Positions 9,796-18,489 of a stretch of 43,825 nucleotides of DNA are shown in pieces. The stretch is from a virus (lineage: Duplodnaviria > Heunggongvirae > Uroviricota > Caudoviricetes): the IMG/VR virus record IMGVR_UViG_2711768001_000012; one strand, given 5' to 3'. Within the stretch, counting starts at the first letter, position 1. Each line of letters starts with the position of its first letter. The position numbers were made by a program, and so were the translations under genes. The notes beneath the pieces are model-generated. The model saw nothing but the letters and a program-made list of their open reading frames with translations. It was not told the origin of the DNA and did no database searches.

Positions 9796-10228
9796 ATGAA
9801 AAATATTGCGACAGGCGACGTTCTTGAACGTATCCGCAGACTGGCCCCGTCACATGTAACCGCGCCATTCAAGACGGTAGCGGAGTGGCGCGAGTGGCAA
9901 CTTTCCGAAGGCCAGAAACGTTGTGAGGAGATCAACCGTCAGAATCGTCAGTTGCGGGTGGAAAAAATTCTGAATCGCTCTGGCATCCAGCCATTGCACC
10001 GCAAATGCTCGTTTTCGAATTACCAGGTGCAGAACGAAGCGCAGCGATACGCGTTGAGTCAGGCGAAATCCATCGCTGATGAACTGATGACCGGGTGTAC
10101 AAATTTTGCGTTCAGCGGAAAACCTGGTACCGGGAAGAACCACTTAGCGGCAGCTATCGGGAATCGCCTGCTGAAAGACGGTCAGACAGTGATTGTGGTT
10201 ACCGTGGCTGATGTTATGAGTGCCCTGC
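9796..10228 (+). CDS. DnaC-like helicase loader ATPase (YdaV-like), 3' end lost in N-run
   Basis: Walker A motif FSGKPGTGKNHLAAAIG; the ORF runs into the N-run at 10229 and the track ORF fuses it artificially with the next gene. Confidence 0.75.
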
Positions 10229-10269
10229 NNNNNNNNNNNNNNNNNNNNNNNNNNNNNNNNNNNNNNNNN
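10229..10269. other. Run of 41 N (gap or masked sequence)
   Basis: Ambiguous bases; too short to hold the missing ~100 codons of the DnaC-like gene. Confidence 0.99.
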
Positions 10270-10293
10270 AATTTTTACCGGGAGGAAATTTTT

Positions 10294-11055
10294 ATGGAGA
10301 CTGTTTTTGACGCACTGAAAGCAATGGGAAAAGCCACATCCATAGAACTTGCTGCGCGACTTGATATCAGTCGTGAAGAAGTGCTGAACGAACTATGGGA
10401 ACTGAAAAAAGCTGGTTTCGTTGATAAAAGCGCGTACACCTGGCGTGTGGCTGATAACAACGTTCAGCAGGAACAGCCAATGCAGGCAGAACTGCCGGAA
10501 GAAACCACCACGGCAACTGTAGTGAAAATCTCAGAGTGCGATTTAACCGCGACGATTGAACAACGCGGACCACAAACGGCGGATGAACTGGCTACGCTGT
10601 TCGGTACAACATCCCGCAAAGTTGCTTCAACGCTGGCAATGGCAATCAGCAAAGGACGCCTGATTCGCGTAAACCAGAACAGTAAATTTCGTTACTGCAT
10701 GCCGGGCGATAATTTACCAGCAGAGCCGAAAGCTGCATCGGTAGCGGAAACTGATGGTAAAGCCTTTCCTCAGCCAGCCGGTGTTGCGTTACCAGTACAG
10801 GAAGCGGCAACACAGGAAGATATTAAAACAGAAACTGTGGCGGACATTGTGCAGTCGCTGCCATCGTTTACTGAAACGCAAGCGGATGACCTAGTTTTAC
10901 CATCGCTGCATATGGCAAACCGCGAACTGCGTCGGGCGAAAAATCATGTCCAGAAGTGGGAGCGAGTCTGCGCCGCGCTGCGGGAGCTGAACAAGCACCG
11001 GGATATTGTCCGACAGATTGTCGATTCCTCCAGTCGTATTGTGTCGGAAAAGTGA
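10294..11055 (+). CDS. Hypothetical protein with N-terminal winged-helix-like region
   Basis: ATG 10294 preceded by GGGAGG; [43 protein letters not shown] resembles a wHTH; acidic/Ala-rich middle. Confidence 0.5.
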   Translation: METVFDALKAMGKATSIELAARLDISREEVLNELWELKKAGFVDKSAYTWRVADNNVQQEQPMQAELPEETTTATVVKISECDLTATIEQRGPQTADELATLFGTTSRKVASTLAMAISKGRLIRVNQNSKFRYCMPGDNLPAEPKAASVAETDGKAFPQPAGVALPVQEAATQEDIKTETVADIVQSLPSFTETQADDLVLPSLHMANRELRRAKNHVQKWERVCAALRELNKHRDIVRQIVDSSSRIVSEK

Positions 11056-11070
11056 TTGCCGGAGGCGCTT

Positions 11071-11487
11071 ATGGCAAAAGTTTTTACACAGGAAGAGCGT
11101 GAAAAAATTAAGGAGCAGGTTGTTGAGTTGGTACGCCAGAGTGGGCGCGAGACGTTAAGGCAACTGGAGGCCAAGACAGGTGCGACAAGATATCTGATGA
11201 GCATTCTTGCCAGAGAGTTGGTTGCCAGTGGCGATGTATACAACTCTGGCTATGGGTTATTCCCGTCTGAACAGGCTCGTAAGGATTGGAAAAACGCCCG
11301 CAAAAAACTATCCAGGGCAAAGGTGAAAAAAACGGTTGTGGTTGATCCTGACCTTATCTGGTCATTACCAGACGGAGAAATACGCCGCTATGACAGGCGT
11401 CAGAACATAATCTGTCGCGAGTGCCGGAAGAGTGAAGTTATGAAACGTGTACTGGCATTTTATCAAGGAAATCTTCGGTATTTATAG
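11071..11487 (+). CDS. Hypothetical protein
   Basis: ATG 11071 preceded by GGAGG (11061-11065); 138 aa, basic C-terminal half with CxxC (ICRECRK). Confidence 0.5.
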   Translation: MAKVFTQEEREKIKEQVVELVRQSGRETLRQLEAKTGATRYLMSILARELVASGDVYNSGYGLFPSEQARKDWKNARKKLSRAKVKKTVVVDPDLIWSLPDGEIRRYDRRQNIICRECRKSEVMKRVLAFYQGNLRYL

Positions 11488-11625
11488 ACGTTACTAGATC
11501 AAAGAGCATTAGTTCATATGTAAATTGACATTTTTCTGGCACAGGGGAGAGCTAGCGTGGTTGTCCGCTTTGTGCCAATAGCGGACATTGCTGGCTCATG
11601 GTATGTTAGTTTAAGGAGGCAGGTT

Positions 11626-12648
11626 ATGCCCTGTATTTCGCTGTGGTATAATAGTTGCGCAATTGATACAAGGGAGCGTTACATCGTGAAAATTGTTTTC
11701 GAGGTTAATGGAAAGAAAGTTCCACTAAAATCTTTAAAATACATAAGCAAAAAAGATCAACTCGAAGTAATGAAAAACTGGTTCTTTGAAAACTTTGAAG
11801 ATCCGGCAAATGCTTGTCCGTATGAAAGTAGAGAAGGTGGCTATGCTTACATATATGGCGGGCCGTATGATGCGAGCGAAGAACTACAATCCATCTTCGG
11901 TCAATATGTTAAATCTGAGTATATTGAGGAATTAGTAGATGAATTACAAACACAATGTTTTGACTGGTCTGGAAACTCAAATAATATAGATGATTGGTAC
12001 GATGATGATATCTACGACGCTGTAACGTCTTCCGGTAATCCGTATTTAAAATTCATTGATAATATCGATAAAATAAAAAAACTTGCAAAAGATAAAACTG
12101 AACAACAGCAAAAAAACCACTTGCTTAGTTTGCTCTACACGAATGTTATTACAGCTTTGGAAACGCTTTATGTTGAGCTATTCATTAATTCTATAGAGAA
12201 AGATGATGTCTACATAGCCAATTGTATAGAAAAAGGTAAGACTGAATTTAAAGTAAGCAAAGATATTGCTGCGTTGCCTTTCAAGGGTGAACCCATCGAG
12301 AAAATTAGGGGAGAGCTAATCAGGTCAATCAAGGAACACTTGATCAGTGCAAGCTGGCATAGCACTAAAAAGGTAATCGACCGCTATGAAGCTACATTCG
12401 ATATAAAAGTACAAAAAGACTGTCCGATAGAAGCTATTGAATTGGCAACCCTCAATCGAAATCACTTAGTGCATCGTGGTGGAAAGGATAAAGAAGGGAA
12501 CCTCGTAGTGATTACAGACCAGGATCTTGAAACGCTGATTGAAAATGCATCGAACCTGGCAATTATGCTCTACAACAGTTTAAATGTAGCAACGAATAAA
12601 ACCACCATTTTGCAACCAGATGACAAACCGTTCATTCATGAATTTTAA
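11626..12648 (+). CDS. Hypothetical protein with HEPN-like Rx4H motif (cargo gene A)
   Basis: ATG 11626 preceded by AAGGAGG (11613-11619); alternative GTG start at 11686; low GC; RNHLVH motif near the C-terminus (ATLNRNHLVHRGG). Confidence 0.6.
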   Translation: MPCISLWYNSCAIDTRERYIVKIVFEVNGKKVPLKSLKYISKKDQLEVMKNWFFENFEDPANACPYESREGGYAYIYGGPYDASEELQSIFGQYVKSEYIEELVDELQTQCFDWSGNSNNIDDWYDDDIYDAVTSSGNPYLKFIDNIDKIKKLAKDKTEQQQKNHLLSLLYTNVITALETLYVELFINSIEKDDVYIANCIEKGKTEFKVSKDIAALPFKGEPIEKIRGELIRSIKEHLISASWHSTKKVIDRYEATFDIKVQKDCPIEAIELATLNRNHLVHRGGKDKEGNLVVITDQDLETLIENASNLAIMLYNSLNVATNKTTILQPDDKPFIHEF

Positions 12649-12663
12649 TAGCGCAGGTCATAC

Positions 12664-13665
12664 ATGGATATTCGCACACGAAAGACAAAATTTTTAGAGT
12701 CGTTAGATTCAACTGAAGTGATACGCAAAGCAGTAAGTCTCGCTATAGATTGCATTATTGATAATCATAATAGTAATGAAGATACCCCCTTAGTTATTAC
12801 CAGCTATGATGATCTCTGTAGAATCCAGGTGCTAAATTATGTACAGGAGTTTTGCGAAGCTGCATTCCCTGATATGGATGAATATTACTTTAGTCCTAAC
12901 ATACTTCGCATCAACGGCAAGACTAGTGAAGAAGCTTGTATTAACTTAATTAAACTCTTAAGAAGTACAAAAGGCATGCTATTCTGGTCCGATGCCCCAT
13001 CGTGGTTCGCTAGCCTCCCCGACGGATTATTCCATGTTGTTAACATTGATCAAAAAATCGTTACTCGCGGCCTTAATAAGAAAAACTCTAAGCCGACAAT
13101 AATCAATAAAGATTACAGTGTAGATACACTACTATCAGAGCTATTTTTGAATGGCGCACACATGGAGCAACCCAACGTACACAACGTTTCTGAGGGAAAC
13201 ATGAAGTTCTATGATGAATGCCATGCTGGATTAATCAGACCAATACCCGCTCCAATAGGCGCGTCATACGATGAAGAGATCACAATTAATTCTCCAGATT
13301 GGCAAAAGCTCGCGTGTGTAGCTTTACGCCGCTATCAGTCGAAGGAATGTCATGACGGAATGCAATGGGATACAACCGATCATGGTTGGACTGATGTAAT
13401 CGCGTATCCATTCGTCGAAGAAATACAATCAATGGATAATAGTGGTTATCGACAATGTTTAGTTGGGCTGGTCACAATAAACAATTCAAATGCAAATTCT
13501 CCGTACCTATCTACCGTTTGGATACATCCATTTTATCGCAGGAGAGGGTTATTAAGTAAGTTATGGCCAAAATTACAAGAGTTATATGGAAGTAACTTCG
13601 AAATTGAGCGACCTAATGAAAATATGAAAGCATTTCTGAAAAGTGCGAAACACGCAGATTACTAA
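12664..13665 (+). CDS. Hypothetical protein with tentative C-terminal GNAT-like motif (cargo gene B)
   Basis: 333-aa ORF 15 bp downstream of gene A, same strand, low GC; VWIHPFYRRRGLLSKLWPKL resembles GNAT motif A. Confidence 0.55.
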   Translation: MDIRTRKTKFLESLDSTEVIRKAVSLAIDCIIDNHNSNEDTPLVITSYDDLCRIQVLNYVQEFCEAAFPDMDEYYFSPNILRINGKTSEEACINLIKLLRSTKGMLFWSDAPSWFASLPDGLFHVVNIDQKIVTRGLNKKNSKPTIINKDYSVDTLLSELFLNGAHMEQPNVHNVSEGNMKFYDECHAGLIRPIPAPIGASYDEEITINSPDWQKLACVALRRYQSKECHDGMQWDTTDHGWTDVIAYPFVEEIQSMDNSGYRQCLVGLVTINNSNANSPYLSTVWIHPFYRRRGLLSKLWPKLQELYGSNFEIERPNENMKAFLKSAKHADY

Positions 13666-14220
13666 TTTATGAATCAGTCTGTGGAGTTAGGGTTGGTGTG
13701 AACAAGTAGGGTAAGAGCCTCAACGTGATGCTATGCCGACCTGCTCCCTGAGAATTCACACAGAAGGCTGCTAGCAATGTCTGCAGATCGCTCAAAGCGG
13801 ACTAAAATGTTGGCTTGTTTCTGACTTAGAGCATTTAAGGAAGTGCTGGTGGTGACTGGTTGTTGTGTTCCATTTCTACAGAATAAAATCACAGAAACTA
13901 TACCCAATAGTTGTATTGAATCACTGACGAGACAGCCTCATATTTATCAGGACTGGTGTGCGTCTAATACAGGGGGTTGTCGTGCTGGTTCTCAAATGTG
14001 CGCTGGCTATTGCGGCTGTAATGGCAATTTATTGTCTTGCTGTTGTTCTTATGGAGCGGCTTTCTGATTGATTACATACTGGCTAGAAAAAAGGTGTTAC
14101 CTTGGTTTATCTTTGTCCGGCAAGGTGCGCTCATTAATCTTAAGTAAATTTATTGCTCAAGTATTCAGATTACTTCTTATGGTTGAAGTCTCCTGTCAAT
14201 GTAGAACCAATATATTTACA

Positions 14221-14256
14221 AAAATGAGACCCGTCGGGGATAGCCCTGCCGGGTCT
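14221..14256 (-). terminator. Candidate rho-independent terminator for the YeaR-like gene
   Basis: Inverted repeat AGACCCG (14227-14233) / CGGGTCT (14250-14256); on the minus strand it is followed by a U-run (rc of TACAAAAATG). Confidence 0.4.
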
Positions 14257-14285
14257 GACTGTTAAAGCATTTTTAATATGATCAT

Positions 14286-14624
14286 CTATTTTTTGGTGCT
14301 ATAGACTTTTTCGCCCGAAAAGTCTGGAGCGACCCAAAAGTTAATATTAAACTGAGCATCATCGCTTAGTTCAACACGGTGCCAGTATTGTGGTGGGCTT
14401 GTTGCAAAAGCGCCAGCATTAATGACTACTTTTATCTCCGGTTCAGTAGCATTCTCATCAGTAAAACCATAATATGTTACAGTGCCTTCCATTACGCACA
14501 ACTGCCCAAAAACACCTGCTGCTGTATTATGATGTGTTAATAACGCTGAAGGTACGTTCTCTTTTGTGAAGAACGGAGTTGAGCGTTTGATTACCCAATC
14601 TTTAGGAATTCTCTTGTGTGTCAT
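14286..14624 (-). CDS. DUF1971/YeaR-like protein
   Basis: 112-aa product from ATG 14624 with GGAGGAGGTGG Shine-Dalgarno; resembles E. coli YeaR as recalled from memory (HHNTAAGVFGQLCV...GTVTYYGF...PPQYWHRVE...FNINFWVAP); opposite strand to neighbours. Confidence 0.6.
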   Translation of the reverse strand: MTHKRIPKDWVIKRSTPFFTKENVPSALLTHHNTAAGVFGQLCVMEGTVTYYGFTDENATEPEIKVVINAGAFATSPPQYWHRVELSDDAQFNINFWVAPDFSGEKVYSTKK

Positions 14625-15437
14625 AACCACCTCCTCCAAAACATGCATTAAAAATGCATCTTTTGGAGGGTTATGTCAAGCTGTTATGAAACACATAATT
14701 GATATGTTGATTAGAGGAGAAGATAGAATAAATATGGTTGTTTTTCGTATAACTATTTGTTTTACTTTTAGTTTATGCATTCTGTGTGTTAGGAATAAGT
14801 TATTAAAGTTTAATCAAAAAATCTCGATGTAGTCCACATAGATTACTGTTACTGAACCTTATTGTGTGTATTAGTTGTGTTCTGAAATTTCAGCTTAATT
14901 ATTTATGATGTATTTTTTAACGATAAATATTTTCCCAGGATACCTTTACTGTGTATATAAATAAATTATATACGCATAAATAATGTAAAGGCGTCCTTTT
15001 AGATATATCTTATCAAATGTTAATGACTTGAGTGGGAAATATGATTCCAGCAACTTATCATGTGGCTACTTTATAAAAATAATGCCCATATAAAACAACA
15101 AGCGAAAAGGATTACGGATAAAAAAGGAGCGAGATGTGCGAACTTGTTATTTTCCATGTTTAACCACCTTAAATAATTGATGATGACGGGATGATTGCAT
15201 CTGTAATGCTTTTATTGAAATGTTATGATAAAAAAGAACTTTTGCATAACATTAAAATGTAATTTATCTAATCGTTTTTAATAATAAGTGTCGTATTTCT
15301 ATCCTTGTACCAGCTATTTGATATGTAGTGTTTGTTCATGCTATGTGGGGCTTTACACCATAGCCAGTTTATTTATACTTTATTCGTCAGCCTGAACAAC
15401 TGGCATCTGCTGCGCTGCGCCATCGAGAGATTGAGAA

Positions 15438-16037
15438 ATGGCGCATATACAACTGGTCAAACAAACCTCTTCTGGTTTACTTCTCCCGGCGACGCCGGAG
15501 AGTTGCGATTTTCTGCATCAAATCAAAATAGGTGAGTGGATACACGCAGACTTTAAGCGTGTGCGTAACTACGCATTCCACAAGCGTTTTTTCAAACTCC
15601 TGCAACTGGGATTCGATTACTGGACTCCGGTCGGTGGGGCGATCACGCCTCGCGAACGAGAACTGCTGTCTGGTTTCGTTGATTACCTGTGCGAATCAGT
15701 TGGTCGGGAACACACGCCAGCCCTGAGTGATGCCGCAGAGCAATACCTTAACACCGTTGCGACTCGTAGAACCCGGGATACGGCGTTGCTAAAGTCGTTT
15801 GAGGCTTTCCGCGAGTGGGTAACCATTCAGGCCGGATTTTACACCGAGCATATTTATCCGGACGGTAGCCGTGGGCGTCGGGCAAAATCCATCGCTTTTG
15901 CGAATATGGACGAAGTCGAGTTTCAGCAGGTTTATAAATCTGTACTGAATGTGCTGTGGAACTGGATTCTGTTCCGTAAATTCTCCTCTCAGGAGGAAGT
16001 TGAAAATGTGGCCGCACAACTACTGGAGTTTGCGTAA
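15438..16037 (+). CDS. DUF1367-family phage protein (YbcN-like)
   Basis: 199-aa ORF in nin-region position; family assignment recalled from DLP12/Qin-type prophages. Confidence 0.55.
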   Translation: MAHIQLVKQTSSGLLLPATPESCDFLHQIKIGEWIHADFKRVRNYAFHKRFFKLLQLGFDYWTPVGGAITPRERELLSGFVDYLCESVGREHTPALSDAAEQYLNTVATRRTRDTALLKSFEAFREWVTIQAGFYTEHIYPDGSRGRRAKSIAFANMDEVEFQQVYKSVLNVLWNWILFRKFSSQEEVENVAAQLLEFA

Positions 16038-16327
16038 TGGTGAATTTACGTAAAGCGGCTAAAGGCCAGATGTGCCAGATCAGAATCCCTGGCTACTGCA
16101 ATCACAATCCCGAAACCTCTGTGCTGGCGCATTACAGGCTGGCGGGGACGTGCGGAACAGCGACAAAACCACATGATATGCAGGCGGCGATAGCCTGTAG
16201 CTCATGCCACGATCTAATCGACGGGCGGGTAAAAACCAGCGATTACACCAAAGAAGAATTGCGCCTGATGCATGCTGAAGGGGTTTTTCGCACACAAGAA
16301 ATCTGGAGAAAGAAAGGTCATTTATGA
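16037..16327 (+). CDS. DUF1364-family zinc-binding phage protein (YbcO-like)
   Basis: 96 aa with Cys/His clusters (CQIRIPGYCNH...ACSSCHD); start overlaps the upstream stop (TAATG). Confidence 0.55.
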   Translation: MVNLRKAAKGQMCQIRIPGYCNHNPETSVLAHYRLAGTCGTATKPHDMQAAIACSSCHDLIDGRVKTSDYTKEELRLMHAEGVFRTQEIWRKKGHL

Positions 16328-16866
16328 TTTACCCAACGAATACAGGAAAAAGCGGAGAACACCTTCGCCTCACCACGCTGGAAAGTGTCTGGATTCAGGG
16401 AAAACTACGTATGTGGGGGCGCTGGTCGTATATTGGCGGTGGCAGGTCAGGGAATATGTTCAATCAGTTGTTGGCATCCAAAAAACTGACGAAAACAGCC
16501 ATTAATGAAGCCCTGCGCAGAATGAAAAAAGCGGGAATAGAGAAAGCTGAGCTGGAAGCGTTTTTGCGAGAGATGATCAACGGCAAGCAAAAGAGCTGGC
16601 TGGCGCATTGTACTGATGCAGAGGCGTTATGTATTGATCGAGTCATAAGTGAGGTGCTGGCAGAGCATCCAGGATTGATTTGCATTCTCCGGCAACGCTA
16701 TGAAGGGCGGGGGATGACTAAGCGCAAAATGGCTGAATTGCTAAATGATGCACACCCAGAGTGGTGTTTTAGCACATGCGAAAAACGGATTGCTAATTGG
16801 TTAGCTGTTGCTGAGTATGCCCTATATATTCCCATGCGTGAATCATTTGCTGAGAAAATGGCTTGA
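16324..16866 (+). CDS. Putative late-gene antiterminator (Q-like)
   Basis: 180-aa ORF overlapping the upstream stop, last gene before a terminator and the lysis/late region; position-based with weak family recollection. Confidence 0.5.
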   Translation: MIYPTNTGKSGEHLRLTTLESVWIQGKLRMWGRWSYIGGGRSGNMFNQLLASKKLTKTAINEALRRMKKAGIEKAELEAFLREMINGKQKSWLAHCTDAEALCIDRVISEVLAEHPGLICILRQRYEGRGMTKRKMAELLNDAHPEWCFSTCEKRIANWLAVAEYALYIPMRESFAEKMA

Positions 16867-16944
16867 TTTCTTACGTATAAACTGCTTCAATTTTGCTATG
16901 CTTCGCAAAGCTGTATCGCGAGGCGGATTGCAGACATGGACATC

Positions 16945-16976
16945 GTAAAAAAACCGCTTAATGCGGTTTTTTTACG
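16945..16976 (+). terminator. Rho-independent terminator (tR'-like) downstream of Q-like gene
   Basis: AAACCGC-TTAAT-GCGGTTT hairpin (16951-16969) followed by TTTTTTT; an A-run upstream makes it potentially bidirectional. Confidence 0.6.
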
Positions 16977-17293
16977 TCAGGAAAGCAGGGGAGAATGCTG
17001 CTAGTTGGGCAACTGGTCTTTCTGCTCCAAATTATAACAGAGACCAGTTATAGTTTCGGTGCTGTGTTTTTTTTACAATATTGTGATAACACATTGCTGG
17101 CGGGAGTTTTGATATTTCTTGGCAGGGGCTGATGATGCGTTATCCTGATGTCGTCAACTCATATAAAATGAGATGAGAGATCATTGCAGGGTGGTTTGTA
17201 ATTCGCTGTTTAGCGGGACAATATGTTGTCTGATACAAGACACCCGACGCCTCAGATTACTATAATAAAGACGAAGCATCCTTTGTATTGACC

Positions 17294-17320
17294 AACCGCC
17301 TGTTTAGGCGGTTCTTTTTG
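17294..17320 (+). terminator. Rho-independent terminator-like hairpin
   Basis: AACCGCC-TGTTT-AGGCGGTT followed by CTTTTT. Confidence 0.5.
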
Positions 17321-17910
17321 GGCTGGTTTATTGTATGCCAAATGATTATTAAAAAGGTTGTGTTAATAACAAGATCCGAAATAATATGCCTGCATATTTT
17401 TATCTTGCTTATATTCTGCATATTGTGCATAGCAGGCTCATCCCTGCAATCAAAACTGTATGATGAGTATTTTTTGTTTTCCTTTTTTCCAGTCATCTGA
17501 TGATGACCTGCTTCTTTTTAATCCGGATCGACATCAGTTTTTTAAGATAATTCCTGCGAGTTATATGCATAAATGCCACAAACTCCGCATTTTATGTGGT
17601 TGGGAGTTGCCGGGCGCGCAGTGAGTTTGCTAAGAAAACTCCTGCATGGTGAATCCCCCTGTGCGGTGGGGTGATACCATTAACCTTTTCTGTCGCCGAC
17701 AGGTATCACGAACATTTTGTTCACCGGGAGGCACCCGGCACCATGCACTTCAATAGATTCTCTCCACATTATGGATATTCTTTCAGAATATCCCACGCAG
17801 ACTTTGTGTAAATGTTAACAAATGTGCGTTTTATTTGATCTGATTCGCTGTTTGAGCGTCCAAAACAACGGTATATATAATCCTTTACTATATGACATAT
17901 GTGAGGAAAA

Positions 17911-18339
17911 ATGGGTTTTCGTAGCGCATCAATTCTTACGTTGATTATTAGTGGGATTATTATCGGGTGCACTGATGCTGTATCGACAAATTATCATGAC
18001 CGTACATCATATTACTCCGATAAAGCAATAGAGACACAGTATGTGAGTTCATCTGAACGTACTTCTGATGTTAGTGAGGATATCCGTCTGTATGCCCATC
18101 AAATCAAGAGCGCCATCGAAAAACAGTTCGGGGATGCGAGTAAGTATTCAGGAAAAGAGTGTACACTGAGAATGCATATGGCCCCGAATGGCCTTCTACT
18201 GGAGGTTAAAAGAGAAAGTGGAGACCTCGATTTATGTCGTGAAGCGATGAATGCGATAAAGAATGCTGATATACCTGCCCCCCCTTCGCCGGAAGTATAT
18301 AAAGTATTTCAAAATGGGGTGCTGGATTTTAAACCCTGA
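17911..18339 (+). CDS. Lipoprotein with TolA C-terminal (domain III)-like domain
   Basis: Signal peptide plus lipobox IIGC; GAGGA Shine-Dalgarno; C-terminal YAHQIKSAIEKQFGDASKYSGKECTLRMHMAPNGLLLEVKRESGDLDLCREAMNAIKNADIPAPPSPEVYKVFQNGVLDFKP closely parallels the E. coli TolA C-terminus as recalled. Confidence 0.75.
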   Translation: MGFRSASILTLIISGIIIGCTDAVSTNYHDRTSYYSDKAIETQYVSSSERTSDVSEDIRLYAHQIKSAIEKQFGDASKYSGKECTLRMHMAPNGLLLEVKRESGDLDLCREAMNAIKNADIPAPPSPEVYKVFQNGVLDFKP

Positions 18340-18489
18340 TATTTATTGTTTTGTAATAAACGGTTTCGGCTTAGGTTTGTTCTGACACAGCTACGGCACT
18401 GAGCTAAATTTAGCGGATAGTCAGCTCTGAGCCAGTGGCGGACGTAACAACTACTATTGCTGAGATTTTAATGGATTGAGGAGCAAGAA

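Noticed and set aside
9360-9935. 191-aa minus-strand ORF overlapping the ydaU-like and DnaC-like genes
   Set aside because: Antisense to two well-supported replication genes; Ser/Arg-rich translation typical of a shadow frame
9796-11055. Single 419-aa ORF spanning the 41-N run
   Set aside because: A ribosome-binding site and ATG (10294) immediately after the N-run mark a separate gene; the N-run cannot contain the missing DnaC-like C-terminus, so the fusion is an artefact
17288-17500. 70-aa hydrophobic plus-strand ORF with TTG start
   Set aside because: No ATG start or Shine-Dalgarno, and it begins inside a terminator hairpin; AT-rich sequence readily yields hydrophobic pseudo-ORFs
16867-17910. 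tRNA genes downstream of the Q-like gene, as in Stx phages
   Set aside because: By eye I found no GGTTCGAATCC-type TpsiC arm or cloverleaf-compatible repeats; this needs tRNAscan-SE to confirm
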